A program made the position numbers and the translations under genes. From the human T2T-CHM13v2.0 reference genome, Homo sapiens, in NCBI RefSeq assembly GCF_009914755.1, contig NC_060934.1: a stretch of DNA of 64,000 bases. One strand, 5' to 3'. Within the stretch, counting starts at the first letter, position 1, and each line of letters starts with the position of its first letter. Of this stretch, positions 25,781 to 40,900 are shown piece by piece. The notes under the pieces were generated by a model. The model searched no databases. It saw nothing but the letters and a program-made list of their open reading frames with translations, and had not been told where the DNA came from.

Positions 25781-26134
25781 CATACCTAGATTGATTGATA
25801 CTGAACATTATGTTTTTGATATGGTTTACACTAATTTGTATGTAGCATGAAATCTCAGCCAAGTGTAACTATATGAAATTTAGCACCTTCGCTTGAGTTT
25901 AAATTTCTGAAGAAAGTAAAATGAATTTCATGCCTGCATGACTCAAATAGATGGAGAGGTCTTTTTCATTTTCCCGAAATATCTTCAGGCTGTTCTAACA
26001 CAACATGGTCAAGATGACTCACAGGACAAAGCAACCTGCCCTATCCTCCTACACGAGTCTCATCTTTCCTGATTAATGCTTTCTTATAAGCCTGAAAGTA
26101 AGACACTCAGAAACTACACTTACTCCTGGGAAAA

Positions 26135-26466
<332 letters not shown>

Positions 26467-28271
26467 TCATAACAATGATGACCAAAGAGTACCACTGTGA
26501 CAGAGCCAAGAAGTAAATTGTTTAAGAAAAGATCTCTGATTAATGCTGAAAATGAAAAAATTGATAGTTCCTTCAGGGCAATTTTGGAGTTACATGAGTA
26601 CAACAGTCCCATTCTCTCCAAGAACTAAGAAATAAGGGAAATTAGGGTTGCCACTTGAGAATGGACTTTTAGGATGAAAAGGAAGAAAATATTCTAAATC
26701 CGTAAACATCACTACCTCAGTGGGAATGATTATCTAGATTAATGAGGAATAATAATTCAAGTAAACCAAGAATGTAGCAATGGATGAGGTTGAGAACTTA
26801 GAGAAATGCAGTTTGGAGAAGCAAAGATGAGGTGAAGATGGCTTACTAGAACCAACATGGCGGAGGTACCACCACTTGGCACCTAGTCCAGCTTTCAGCT
26901 TCTTAGGTGCTGAAATACTAAGAACTGGGCATCGTGGATAAAGGAAGTTCTTCCTTGTTAATTTTTTTTTGATAAACTAATTAACTCATGGGAGTTTCCA
27001 GTAAAGCTGGTAATCTGGGTTTGCAGTTTGAGTCCAGAGTCTGGACTGTGTACTGGATGCTACACAATGCTGAATCCACTTTTATTTGAAAAATATTGAG
27101 CTCTGTATATCCAGCATCATGCCAGGTTCTGAGAATAAAGAACAAGACAAAGATCCTATTCTCATGGAGCTTGTGATCCAGTTTTGTGCTGTAAGATTTC
27201 TTCACAAGCAGCCGGTTACCTCCTTGGCAACATCCTCACAATAACCAAGACCCCCAAAAGTGGTTAAATCTGGTTAAGGTTTCCCAGGCACTGATGACCC
27301 GCCAGAGTCAGGCATAAGAAGCCAGATTTCACTCTCCTGCCTCACAGAGCTTTCAAGAAATGTAGCCATGCACTCTACTTAAACATCTTTTAATTCCAGT
27401 ATTAGGGACTGAATATTGACAATGAACTGGATTCACCAGGGATTAACACTAGGGGCTTGCTTTCCCTGGGATTCTGATACAATCCCTCCAAGAAAGTAAG
27501 CATTCTCCCTTTATTTTGTGTAATAAAAATAGTAAAATGAAAATAATGGAAAATTACTGCTGGGTATGCATTGGATAGATGAAGAATGTGGAACCATTAA
27601 AAGGGGTTTGCAGACTAGGGCCACACAATGGATCTGATTGGGAAGACAATTCTTAATTTCAAGAAAGTAGCATCTTACCATGCAAAGAAAAATAAACTTT
27701 GTAATTCAAAGTCCTGGCTTACAGCCTAGCTCCATCATTCTGTGGCACTGTAGCTTTTGCTGAGGATTTCTTTATCTAGAAATAGTATGTACCTAATTGA
27801 CTTTCCAATTTGAAGTAACCATTTTCCTTTCACAAATGAGAATAAGAATTAAAATGTATAAAGGAATAAGCCCATTTCTCTGTTAGACAATTTGCTGTGA
27901 GAATGAGTCTGGGCAAAGGCATGGCACTGAGAGAGGGAGGGTGGATTACCACAGCAGACATTCAAGTAAACCTCTCCCAACTCACAGCCTTTGCCCAGCC
28001 CATCCCTTGAACTAATCTCTACTTGGAAAGAAATCTCTAGCAGGCTGCTGTCATGCTGAAGAAAGAAATGCCTTGTCATTGCATTTGTGAAAGAAACCTG
28101 TAATGATTTCTGATTGGACCAAAACCAGAACACTCAGCTACCACAACTGGGGCTAGCACCTTTCCATAGAGAGACACAAAATTTGTTCAATGCCTGGCAT
28201 CACATGACTTCTCTTCAAAGAGATGTTTGGCCAGAACTGCAGCTGGATAGGAAAGTCTAAAAGCAGAAATA

Positions 28272-28694
<423 letters not shown>

Positions 28695-28809
28695 TCACAT
28701 TGCACAAAGGCACATCAAACGCTCTTTCCTCAATCTCTATGCTTGACTTGCATTGGTCTTCCTTCAATCACATCAACATGTGACATGAGGATTTCTGAAT
28801 GAGCAGTTC

Positions 28810-29100
28810 CCTCTGCCTCAGATTATCTTCCCTCTAATCATCACATGACTGCCTCTTTCTTGTTATTAGAATCTCAGGCTAAATGGCACCTTTTCAGAGA
28901 AACTTTCCTGAGTACCAAATTTAAACTAGCCATTGGTCCACTCTGTCATATTTCAGTGATGCCTAATTTTCTGCATGTTAAGTAAAAACTCCAGGTAAAC
29001 ATGACTCTTTTCTTCTTTGTTCACCACTGTATCCTCAGCACACAGAAGTGCCTGAAACAAATTTAGCACTCAAAAACTGTTTGTCATAAATTGTTCAAAA
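28810..29100 (+). mobile_element. L2 3' end
   Basis: TTCCCTCTGCCT, CTAAATGGCACCTTTTCAGAGA, TGTTCACCACTGTATCCTCAGCAC. Confidence 0.7.
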
Positions 29101-29269
29101 AACATCTGTTGTTTCACAAAATATAGTTTGGAAAATAAGATCTGGTTTCAACCATTTATTGGATAGGTGGGGAAATGTTCGCCCACAGAGGTAAATTGGC
29201 TTGCCCAAATCATGGCATCCACTGGAAGCACAAGGAAAATCAAGATAGGCTTAAATCCCAGAATGTAGG

Positions 29270-29490
29270 AGAAGAAATTAACATTTATCGGGTGACCCTT
29301 CTGTGCTTTTCAGTGGTAGAGCTTATATCATCACTTAATACTTAAAACAACTGTACAAGAGGGGCATTATCATGTTTATTTCTTCAGATGAGGGAGAAAG
29401 GGCTCAAGCTAATAAAAGGTAGTACTAAAATTTGAACCCAGGTGCAAGGCAGTTCAAAGCCCATGACTGTGACATTGCACCACACTGCCC
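29270..29490 (-). mobile_element. MIR
   Basis: AACATTTATCGGGTG, CAGATGAGG, ATTTGAACCCAGG. Confidence 0.6.
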
Positions 29491-29889
29491 TTTTGGAGTA
29501 GAAGGATCTACCATAGCATTAATGATCTGGACTAAAAAGTGGGAGCATGCCCTAAACAAGGGAAATGCAAGCGCCTAGCACAGGCACAGAAGTCTACAGT
29601 CAGAGCATGCCCAGGAATGAGTGATGCCTTCTGATTACCCAAAACAGCAGAGTAAAAGCTTCTCAAGTGTTGCCTTCCAGAACATCACCCGTCCCAAACG
29701 CAGAGTCAGAATTAGTCTGCAGATAGGAGCCAAGTGCCTTGCACTTAAAAGGTTTCTAATGTGGGAGCAATAAATAAGGCAGGTTATTGTAAATACTTCG
29801 GCCAGGAGTTGGCGTAGAGCAAACTAGGAAGCTGAAAACCCTCTGCAGATGTTATGGTTTACTTATTTATGCAATTGACACACAAATAG

Positions 29890-30030
29890 GCAATTTATAC
29901 ATCATTCATCTAACAAATATTTGAATGTTTTCCATATCCCAGGCACTGTGGTATATGCTGGTAATATAGTAGTAACAGGACAAAGAGTCCCTGCCGTATT
30001 CAATAAGTAGTTCATGAATGAATAAATTAA
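29890..30030 (-). mobile_element. L2 3' end
   Basis: CATTCATCTAACAAATATTT...CCAGGCACTGTG...GACAAAGAGTCCCTGCC. Confidence 0.65.
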
Positions 30031-30389
30031 TATAGGAATTAATGAATATGCTTGAAGATTTGCAGGGCATCGAGGGATACTAGCTATGTTTCAAGGGGTA
30101 TGTACTGAGCTATGGCAAAAAAAAAAAAAAAAAAAAACCTGGGAAAAAGCATTTTAGTACCTCACTGCTACTCTTCTAAGTGTCAACGTATCTTGGATGA
30201 ATTTGGTTTTGAGTTCTCCTCTAAAGGAAGCTGTTATACTGTGCCTTTGTTTCATGAGGCAAGTCTAATGAAGCATCAGCTACCATCTGCTTCTTCTCAT
30301 CCCTGGTAAATCAATACCTGAGAACTTATCTGAATGACTTTCATTTAAAACCCGTTGTCACTGTCAGGAAAAGATGTGGTATGACCTCT

Positions 30390-30532
30390 ATATTTTTCAG
30401 GGTTCTCCAGAGAATCAGAACCAAGAAGAAAGTATGTCTTTACAGAGATTTATTTTAAGGAATTGGCTCATGCAGTTGTGGACATTGGCAAGTCCTAAGT
30501 ATGTAAGGCAAACCAGAAACCTGGAAACTCAG
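30390..30532 (-). mobile_element. MLT2 (ERVL LTR) fragment
   Basis: TCAGGGTTCTCCAGAGAA...GAGATTTATTTTAAGGAATTGGCTCATGCAGTTGTGG...GGCAAGTCC. Confidence 0.8.
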
Positions 30533-30559
30533 TAATCTATTGATTACTAAATTTCTCAC

Positions 30560-31700
30560 ATAATTTTTCTGAAAATTCCTTTACTTTTATCTTCATTTTT
30601 TAAAGATATTTTAACTGAGTTAAAAATTCTAGGTTGGTAGTTTTTCTTAATGAACACATTAAAGATACCATACCACTGGTTTCTACCTTCCACTGTTCTT
30701 TTCATTGAGTGAGTAATCATTCTAATTGTCATTGCTTTGAAAGTAAGATGTCTTTTCTCTGGTTGCTTTCAAAACCTTCTCCTGGCTTTTGTATTTCTCT
30801 ACATGTATGATGTCTAAATGTAGATTTTTAAACATTTATCTTGCTTGCATAAGCTTATGAATGGTTGGGTACCAACAGCTCTGGAAAGTTTTTAGTTATC
30901 TCTTGAAAATTTGCCTTTCCTTTATTTTTTCACTAATCAAACGTGTTAATCCTTCTGTACATGTTCTGTACTGTATTTATTAGTAATTCTTAAAGTATTT
31001 TCCATATTCTTACTCTTTCCTATATTTTTCAACATTTTGTCTCTTTGTACCATAATCCAGATAATTTCTTCTTCTTATCTTCTAATTTGCTAATTCTCTA
31101 TTCTGTAATGTCCAATCTGTGCCATATCCTAAGTTTCAATTTTAGTTCTTTTTTTTACCATATCTATACTTTTTCCAAATTTGCTCCTTGGTTTTTCTAG
31201 TGGCCTGTTCTTTGCAGATATTTCCAAACCCAGTGAATTATTTAAACCTAGTAAGTGTGTTTTTTTTCAGTCTGCCTCTAAAATTCCAATGCCTGAAGTC
31301 AGTAAGAGTCTTTTTCCTATTTCTGTTGTTTCAGTTGCTTAGCAGCCATGTAGCCTTGTCTCTTTGTATACCTGTTAAATTTGCCTGCATGCTAGTCATT
31401 GCTCTTGAAAAAAAAGTTATTTGTGAATGATCCCTGAGGCCTAACATTGAGTATATCCTCTTTCAGAAAGCCCTTACCTTTGCTTCTGGCAGACAGCTCT
31501 GGTGTTTGCAGCTGGTGAAAACCTCAAGTCAAGTTCATTGCTCAATGTCCCCCGGCAGGTATGGGTTGTATGAACCCAAGATGCAGATCCATATGAAAGC
31601 CAGTCTGCAACCACAAATTCCCGGGGATGTCTTTCCTGCTCTTTGTCTTTGTTTTCTGCCACTACCACAAGAGCTTTCTCTAAAGTCTCCTAAAATTGAG
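30560..31700 (-). mobile_element. Old L1M/HAL1-type ORF1/5' region relic
   Basis: TTCATTTTTAAAGATATTTT...AATTCTAGGTTGG, TTTCTCTGGTTGCTTT motifs. Confidence 0.55.
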
Positions 31701-31789
31701 GTGGGAGAGGAAGTTTAGTTCTGACTCTCCTTTATGCCAAGGGTTATGTCCTTTGTGGATGCCATTTAATTCAGAGAAGGTTTCCTTTA

Positions 31790-32060
31790 AGATTTCTGAG
31801 TTACAAACCACCCCAAAACTTAGGGGTTTAAAACAACAAACACTTATTCTCAAGCACATTAATCTGCAGGTCATCTATACATGGGCTAATTTTGAACGGG
31901 CTTGGCTGAGCAGCTCTGCTTCAGGCTATACTTCGACTAGGCTTGGCTTCAAGCTATCATTTGGTTCAAATCTCTTCCATGTGTGTTTATTCTGGGGCAC
32001 AGACAAAGAGGCAGCCATGATCCTTCCATGTTCTCAGAAGGATCACCAGAGCACAAGGGA
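31790..32060 (-). mobile_element. MLT1 (MaLR LTR, H-like) fragment
   Basis: ACAAACCACCCCAAAACTTAG..GTTTAAAACAACAA, GGCTTGGCTGAGCAGCTCTGCTTCAGGCT. Confidence 0.7.
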
Positions 32061-32149
32061 GCACGCCTACCAGATATCTGAGTCAGTACTACAGAATGCA
32101 GGACACCCGATTTGTCTGTAGACTATCTTTTCACTATTCTATTCCCATC

Positions 32150-32360
32150 CACTGCCAGCTTACTATATACTCTATGTGAAACAAACCTTTGTGTAGTACT
32201 TAAGTGCCAGACTGCTTAAAGACATTGTCTCTTTAATGGTCAGATCCACCCTAGGAATTCAGTATTATTGATGCTCAGAGAGGTCAAGTAAACTCGAATA
32301 GGGTCACACATCTTGTACATGGCAAAGTCAAGATTCTGTTTCTAATATCTGAGTCTTCCC
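32150..32360 (-). mobile_element. MIR
   Basis: GTGCCAGAC, GCTCAGAGAGGTCAAGTAA...GGTCACACA. Confidence 0.65.
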
Positions 32361-32461
32361 CATTATCCTCATGCTGATGAAATGCAGCTAATGGCTGCAT
32401 TAGGAAGAAGGTGCCCATTTGAGTACAGGGTAGTCTCTGGAAGTTAAAAGGTAGAGGCAGG

Positions 32462-32466
<5 letters not shown>

Positions 32467-32500
<34 letters not shown>
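32467..32500. repeat. (GT)17 microsatellite
   Basis: Read directly. Confidence 0.95.
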
Positions 32501-32502
<2 letters not shown>

Positions 32503-33539
32503 CATCATTCACTCCTACATTGCAATTTGTCCTCAGGGATATTTTGATGATTCATATTCCCTTGTGGCACATAATTAGTATACAAGAAGAGGGAGAATGC
32601 TCAGTATTTGCCAAAAAAACAAGGATCAAAAGAGTAAAGCAAATTGAAATCATATATGGGTTACATATTTTCTTCAGATTTTTATTTAAATTGAAACAAC
32701 TGTGGAAAGATCAGTGAGTTCCCATCTACTGGCATGGTCAGCTCATTATAAAAATAATTTGCATCTGCTGAGAGACAGAAAGAGAAGCATTTAGATTTTT
32801 TTGACTTCTTAGCAAGAAGTATACGATACACAAAAGGGATTCAAGGAATGAATGACTGTTAGGGGCCAAACAACAATGGTAGCCACGTAGTGTTTCTACT
32901 GTGGTATTTGCAGACAGAGGAAAGGAGAGGAAAGGGGATTTAGAAGAGCAAAGAAAAGAGAAACTTGTGATGTTAGAGGCCACAGTATAAGAGACACAAT
33001 TATTAACAAGTGTCTCTAGAAGATTAAAATATGAAAAGTAAAACCATAGTTGGCATTTTTAAAAGATAACTGTACATACATAATTTATTTTTAAATTAAC
33101 ACAACCTTGCCACATAAAAATGGTTTTATGAGTCAGCATTTTTTTTTCACTCTTGATATCATGCAGAGGAAGGGGAAAACAAAGAGGAGGAGAAGGAAGA
33201 GGAGGAGAACAGTGACTACAACAAAAGTATAGTTTCAGTAAAGCTGGGAAAGAGATGTAAAAAAAACTCCACAATGGATAGAATATCAAAATGTGGTAAG
33301 ATTGGGAAGAAGCCAATCAAGAGGAAGCATAAAGAATTATAAGAGAGCTAGTAATGGCAGATCTTAGAATGTGCCAGCAAATAAACTTTCTGAAAGAGAA
33401 GAGCCCATTTTGAAAGGCAAAAGCTGTATCTTTTGTTTTCAACAAAAGTTGAGGGATAAACCTATACAGAAATAGGAAAAAAAAAAAAAATCCAAAGAAG
33501 ACAGAAAGAATGAAAGTGTGAAACATTTCCAAACAAAGA

Positions 33540-35570
33540 TAGATTATAAAATTTATATTTTTTTAAGTTGCTGAAATAAAAGAAGTAATGAATCTTCATA
33601 ATGGAAGAGTACAATGTATCCTATAAAAATGACCTAGAATGTATTTAGACATAAAGACATATCCTAATTAAGTTATGCACTTCAAAGATTAAAAAGAAAA
33701 TTCATTTGGACAGCCAGGCAGGAAAACCAAATTACTAAGTGGCGGAAAATCAGGTTGACCTCAGATTTGTCCATAGCTACCTGCAATTCCAAAAAAAAAA
33801 AAAGTAGACCAAAACCACAAGGTGTTTGAGAAAATGTGAACCAAGGATTTTATATCCATTCAAACTTTCCTTCCAAGTATAAAGTCTGCAGACCAATCTA
33901 TTTTAATGTGGGAGACCTCAGGGAACACTTTTCTAGTGAGTCTTTCTTGAGAAAACCACAGGAGGATAAATTTTATCCAAACAAGGGATGACTGAGTAAA
34001 CTATAGGAAAAAAGATTAGTGATAATGAATATATTTTACTATAGAACTAAAAATAAAACAAATGTAGTAGGTGCAATGTAAGTTTTCTAGACCCTGACAT
34101 TAATGGAATATAAATTTTCTAGACTCTGACAATGTAGAAATGAGCAAACTACAAAAAATTAGAAATGGATTGGAAAGAAGGGAACACATAAGTAAATTTG
34201 CTGATTGCCTCATCTGCAAAACTTGGGAGTCAGAGATATTTAAAGCTGACAAAATCAATCATAAATGTGGTAACATATTAACATTATGAACAAAAACACC
34301 AAGAAAAATAATTTTGACTAAAATGATGTGATGGGAACTAATATATAATGTCTAAGGAAAGAGAGCTCTAAAGTTGCTATGTATATGGCTAATCACTAAA
34401 CAAAAATTCAACTTTTTTTAACTATCAAAAGAACTAAAAACAAAAAAGGACAAAATAGTCAACAATTTTAAAAGAAATCATAAAAACAGAAAGCATAATG
34501 TAAAGTAATATGGCAAGATTAAGATCAAATATACTTGTAAAACAATAAATCTAAATTTTTTAACACATCAATTAAAAGAAAAGGATTTTGGAGTGGAACA
34601 CAAAACACAACTCTAAGCTAAATAGAAGTCACACCTAAAACAAAGCTAATTAGAAAGACTGAAAATAAATATATGAACAAAGTAATACCAAGGAAATGTA
34701 AATGAAAAGAAAGTAGAGGTCATTATTTTAATATCAAACCTGGTGGAATTCAGGTTGAAAAATACTAAAGGAGACACTAAAAGAATACTTTATAATGCTA
34801 AAAAGTATAATTCATAATTAATATATAATAATTACAAATATCTGTAAGTAAAATAATATCATAAGAATATTCATAAATCAAAGATATAGGAAATATGATA
34901 AGAAATAGGAATTTGATAGATGTGAGAAACATTAATTCATCTCTTTCAGTACATGAAAAATAAGTGGATAAAAAGTAAGACAACATATACAAGATCTAAA
35001 TAACAACCAATAATGTTGATTGTACGTACTTACACTCTAAAATTAGAGAACATTCTTTATTTTCAAGAGTCCTTAGGATAGTCACAAAACTGACTCTTGC
35101 CAAAACCCCCAAATTTCCAAAAACACAAAAATAGCAAAAAATCAAATCAAATAAAGTCTCTACCATAAAAATTTAGAAAAAAAACAACATAATAAATCAA
35201 AGGAAAGCAGGAGGAATTAATAAAGATAAATCCAGAAATCTATAAATTAGAAAACCAAAAAAAGATAGAAATAATAAATATATAAGCTAGTTATTTTAGG
35301 AAAATAGAAAAATAAATAAAATAAACCACCAACAAATCTACTCTACAAAAAGTATGGGCATGGGGAAAAGGGGAATGTTTAATAGACAAATTTCATATTT
35401 AATAGACAGAATATAAAATAAGAGAAAATAAACTCAGAAACAATAAATTAAAGCAATCATAAGAGACTATTTTGCTAAATTTTGTGCAAGTAAATTTGCA
35501 ACTCTGGCCAAAATTAGTGGAATTCTAAGAAAATAAAAAATGGATAATTTTCTAGAAAACTTATCATTTA
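33540..35570 (+). mobile_element. Old L1M relic (ORF1 end, inter-ORF, ORF2 start)
   Basis: A-rich; AATCAGGTTGACCTCAGA, CCAAGGATTTTATATCCA, CAATTAAAAGA, TAAAGATAAATCCAGAAATC, GATAATTTTCTAGAAAA L1 motifs. Confidence 0.65.
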
Positions 35571-36059
35571 AGTATGAAATATAAGTGTCCTTGGCTGGTG
35601 TGCATTCCACACGGTGTCTAGCTGAGTGCCTGACACTTGGTGGTAGTCAATACATATTAATATTTGAATTGAGTGAGTATCTTATCACCTCAGAAGGCAG
35701 AAGTCTCGTCCCACAGAGGGGAAATTTAGAACATAGATTCAGGGTAGAGGAAGAGTGTTGCAGCCACAAATCCCTCATGCTCTTTCTGATGACTACCTTA
35801 TTAATGTAGAGATTGAAATTCTAGCTTTGTGTGCTGAATAGGCAGCAGGAGACTTTGATCAAAACAGGACCAAATGGTATGTTGCAAGATGGAGAACTTT
35901 AGGGATAATCCAAAAAGAAGCAAGTTACTCATGCCTTAAAAATGCTGTGCTCTAATCCCCACTGCCTATTCTGATCCCATCTCCTACCTCCCTCCATCTC
36001 CTGTAACCAAAATGAAAATCAGCTCCCAGGCTCATTGTCCAAGACAGATCAGCAAAATC

Positions 36060-38840
36060 TCCCCTATCTGCAACATTTTTGTGAGGATTCCTTTCAACTC
36101 CATGTCCTACCTGAAACCTGGCTCCCCACTGAGGATACTACTTCCCCCATAGGCCTCTTAAATACCATCCTCTCTCACCCATACTGTATACTGGATCTGA
36201 AGATGAGTAAGTAGGTGTCTTTCCTGCTCTTTAATGCTTCTTCCAACCATTTTCCCTTCCTCCTCCCTAAAATCACCTAGCTTTGATTCTCATGGCATCA
36301 AATTGTAACATTCTCCATCCATCCTTGTTTCAGTCTTCTAAAGATGCCTGAGTTACTTCCTGTCATTCCTTGAAGATTTTAGCTCCTGGCCTACTGTCAT
36401 TCTCTCCAAAATTCTTGATGATTTTAATATTCGCCAAAAAAAGATCTTTCCAATTCCCTGATCTTTGAATTTTATTACTTCCTGTGCTCCAATGATCTTG
36501 TCCACCACAAGATCAATCTAAGTCACTCACTCTCATAGTCGTAGCCAAGATATTGTCATTATCAATAACTGCTTTCCAACCAGAATATTATTTTATCCCT
36601 GCCATTTTTGACCACCCCACTACCTGTCTTTGCACCTCATTTTCCCTAATATTCCAGCTTCATCAATCTTCTCATCCCCACCAGAACCTATAACTCATAG
36701 ATTCTTCTCACTTTTCAGTAGCCTCACCAGTTGTATTCTCACTTTCCTCCTTCCCAAGGTTAAATGTCATGGTTAGTTGTTCTAATCTTTCCCCCCATCT
36801 TTATTACCTCTGTTGTTTGATATAGCTGCTTGGCAAAACCCTAAGCCTTGTTAAATCCAGCTCTCCACCTGTTTTGTACCTGCCCCCACACAACTGCTTG
36901 AAATGGAGAAAAAACACAATCATGCTGACTGACTATGCTTTAAACTCATGGCCACTCACTCTAGGTGGGACTGTAATGTTGCTTGGCACTCACACTCTTT
37001 TTTTCCCGTAGTTCATTCATTTTCCCACTCTCTTAGATGATTATTTTATTCCCTCTCCTTTTTCCTTGAACTCCCAGTCCCTTTTCCCTTATGTTCTCCT
37101 TCAGCTAGTAATTTTGATTGCTATTTCACTGAGAAAATAGGAGCAATCATAAACTTCCACAAGTACCCACTACCACCTCTACCCACCTATCTGCACAGAT
37201 GCTCATACTGCTTCCTTCTCCCCATCATTGTGGGAAGAATTTCCCATGCTTCTAGCAAAGGCCAGCACATCCATTAGTGCACTGGGTCCCACCTCGTCCC
37301 ATTTCCTCACAGATATAGCTCTGACAACTCTCCACTTTCCTCCACCAACAATGCCCATAACCATGCCATCTGCTGTTAATTTACCTACCTTTTTAAAAAT
37401 TGTCACTTCACTTTTCTCATTTCTCTCCTTTTATAGGAAAAAAATCTGTGAAACTTATCTGTAATTTATCTCCTCGTATTATATTTTGGACTCACTCCAA
37501 TCAGAATTTCACTCTGACCACTCAGCCAAAATGGCTCTTGCTGATCACCAGAGTCTCAATATCATGAAATCCAGCAGTCAGTGCTCAGTTGCCTTCCTTC
37601 TCAAACTATCAGTAGCATTTGGCTGGCAGCTCCCCTACTCCTTCTGGCAACTTTCTCTTCACTTGGCTTTGAAGATACCACTCATGCCTGGTTTTCTTCC
37701 CACCTCTCCATCTATTCCTTTTCAGTTTCTTTTGTTCATTCTTCACAGTAAATATTAAAATGAAGTCTTCTCTTTTCTATTCATGCTCTTTCCTTTGTGA
37801 ATCACATTGAGTTTCACAGATTCTAATACTTTCTGTATGCTAATTATTCTCAAATGTGTATTTCTGTGTCCACACTTCTCCCTTGATCCCTAGATATATG
37901 TATTCATCTGCCTAAATGAAATCTCCATCTAGATTTCTACAGACATCTTAAACCTAATATATCAAAAGCTGAGCTTCTACATCTTCACCTATCCCAAATT
38001 CTGTTCCTTCAGTAGATGTTCCCATCTTAGTAATCCAAAAATCCCATTCTTCTACCTTCTCATGACAAACCCGTCAATTTCCCTCATACCTAACATTCAG
38101 TCTACTCTGTAATTCTGTTTTCTCTACCTTCAAATTTTATCTAGAATCCCAGCATTTCTCACCAGCTTCACAGCTATACCCTGGTGCAAGCCATCTCCCA
38201 ACTCTCTACTTAATTCCAAACTTGCTGCTATAGTCTATTCTCCACCCAGCAGCCAGAGTGAGCATGTTAAAGAGTCAGAATATGACATGACTTTGCACAA
38301 ACCCTTCCGTGGCTTTTCATGGAAGGATGAACCTTAAAGTCCTCATAATATCTACAAGGATCTACATGATCTGGCCTCTCTGAACTCTTCTTCTATACAC
38401 CCCTACTATACACTTCAGCCTTTCTGTTCCTCACGGCACTGAGCATGTGTTCACCTCAGAAACTATTACCCTTGGGATCCCTCTACCTAGGATTCCCTCC
38501 TGTTAATTTCATGTTTCCCTCATTTCCTTTAGGTATTATTTAAATGTTACCTCCTTGGGGAAGCTTTCCCTCCCTCGCTCCTTACATGAAATTGCATGAC
38601 AACCCCACCACCTTGGCCAAACTCTCCTCTACTCCTCCCTTGCTATTTACTCCCCTTAGCACTAGGTAGTCTGTAACATAGTGTGAAATGTACACATTCA
38701 TCTTGGTTATTGCCTGTCTCCCCCACTATGATGTAAGTTCTAGGAAGGCTGGAATGTTTTTTAACTCACAACTATATTCTAGTGTTTAGAACAGTGTCTG
38801 GCCCATGGTAGGTGCGCATTTGGTGAATGAATTAATAAAT
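36060..38840 (+). mobile_element. Long L2 relic, endonuclease region to 3' end
   Basis: LPETWLPTEDT (~36107) and ILDDFNI (~36411) APE-like motifs, CTATTTCACTGAGAAAATAG, L2 terminus GAACAGTGTCTGGCCCATGGTAGG...TGAATGAAT. Confidence 0.82.
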
Positions 38841-39390
38841 TAGTGAAAATATACCTACATACATGCTAGGCATTGAGGACTATCGTGAGAGTGGAAGGCC
38901 ACTGAAACACAATTCCTGCCTTTGAGGTGTTAATAGTGCTGAAGAGGAGATGCTAAGTGAACACAAATCACAATAACACAAAACATTGTGTATTAAGTGC
39001 TATGACAAGGGGCGGGCAGGGAGTAATAAAAATCTCAAAGCGGGTTGTGTTGAGAAGACTCAGAATGTGTGACAAGTAACCACTTTGTGTCAAGGAAGGC
39101 AGACTCAGATTTGCTTAACCAGGTTCAGAACAACCTGAGAATAGAATCTGTACACTGAAGTTTAAGTGACTATATTCATTTATTTTGTACAGGTCACTGG
39201 AGATTCCATGGTAAACATGGCACACATGGTCCTTCCCCCACAATGAGGTTTACAGCCAAGTTGGAGAGAAAAGTGGTTTTGAACTGGATTAGAGATGTCA
39301 ATGTAAGCACCCAAATCAAAATTCAGAGCTTAAGGAACTGTGAAGTCTGCAGTAGAATTCAATTAGATCTGTTAAGAAAGAGATTTATGG

Positions 39391-39708
<318 letters not shown>

Positions 39709-40266
39709 AAGAAAGAGATTTATGGGTTAAAGTTTTAGGCTAAATGAACTCAATGAAGCTTTAATCTATGAATGTAAGTTTTAACCCAGCAGCCCATAAA
39801 AGCTTTTGCATTTTATGGCTGCCTAAAAATTTATTTTACTGAACTCTGTGGAAGAAGGGAGCATTTTGGTGGGGGTAAGGGAGACATGAAATGAGAGGCC
39901 ACAGTCCCCAAAAATTAACTCTACTGTAACCCTTGAGTAGGTGTAGAAGAAGGAGTTCCATTGCTGAGAAGCAAGATATCATTAGAGTGGTATTTATGAT
40001 GGGAGTTAGGGGGTTAATATAAAATTATCAAGGGTGACCTTATGGAGGAAGTTTAATTTTTGACAGGCTTTTAAGATGAGTTTAAATGGGGAAAAGGAAG
40101 GAGTAATTTGCCAGACTGGAGGCATAGATGGTGGTCTAAGGTCTGAGGGAGAAGGTCAGCTTCACAGAGCACAGCTAAGCTGTCCAAGGCCATGGAATCC
40201 TATGCCATTGCTGATCTTTAGCTCCGTACACAAGTATGGCTTTATTGGATTTTAAAATATTGAAAT

Positions 40267-40900
40267 CAGTCATCCTCATTCTTCACAGATTCCTACTTGC
40301 TAAAATGTATATGTAACCTCAAAAATCAATAATCATGGCACTTTCATTGTCATTTGTGGACATGCTCAGAGCAGCAAAATATTTGAGTCACCCATTGGGC
40401 ACATTCCCAGCTGAGGTCAAACAAGGCAATGTTCTATCTTCTTGCATTAGCTCTCTTTCTGTAAATACATGTCCTTGCTATGGTCTATTTAGTGCCACGT
40501 TTTTCACACTTTTGTGTTTTTGTTGGTGATTTTGCTGTTTAAAATCGCCCCAAGCATAATGCCAAAGTGCTTTCTAGTGATCCTAAATAAAAGGAGGCTA
40601 TGCTGTGCCTTATGGAGAAAATACATGTATTAGAAAAGCTTACTTCAGACATGAGTTATAGTGCTATTGGCCATGTTTAATGTTAATGAATCAATAATAT
40701 GTCTTAAATAAGGTGGTTTTAAACAGAAACACACATAAAACAAGGTTATCTATTGGTCAGTTGACAAAAAATCTTGTGATCAGAAGCTCTCAGGAACCCA
40801 ACCCTATATTTCCCCTAGGAGCAATGGTTCAGGATTTACTAATTCAGTGCTTATAGCAACTTTATAGAACATACCATTATGAATAACAAGAATCAAATGT
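40267..40900. mobile_element. MER82 (TcMar-Tigger) DNA transposon
   Basis: CAGTCATCCTCATT...CAGAGCAGCAAAATATTTGAGTCACCC...TTCCCAGCTGAGGTCAAACAAGGC...GAATAACAAGAATCAAATG. Confidence 0.85.

Noticed and set aside
32362-32405. CTGATGA plus short hairpin as a C/D snoRNA
   Set aside because: Non-canonical C box, and no properly placed D box or terminal stem.
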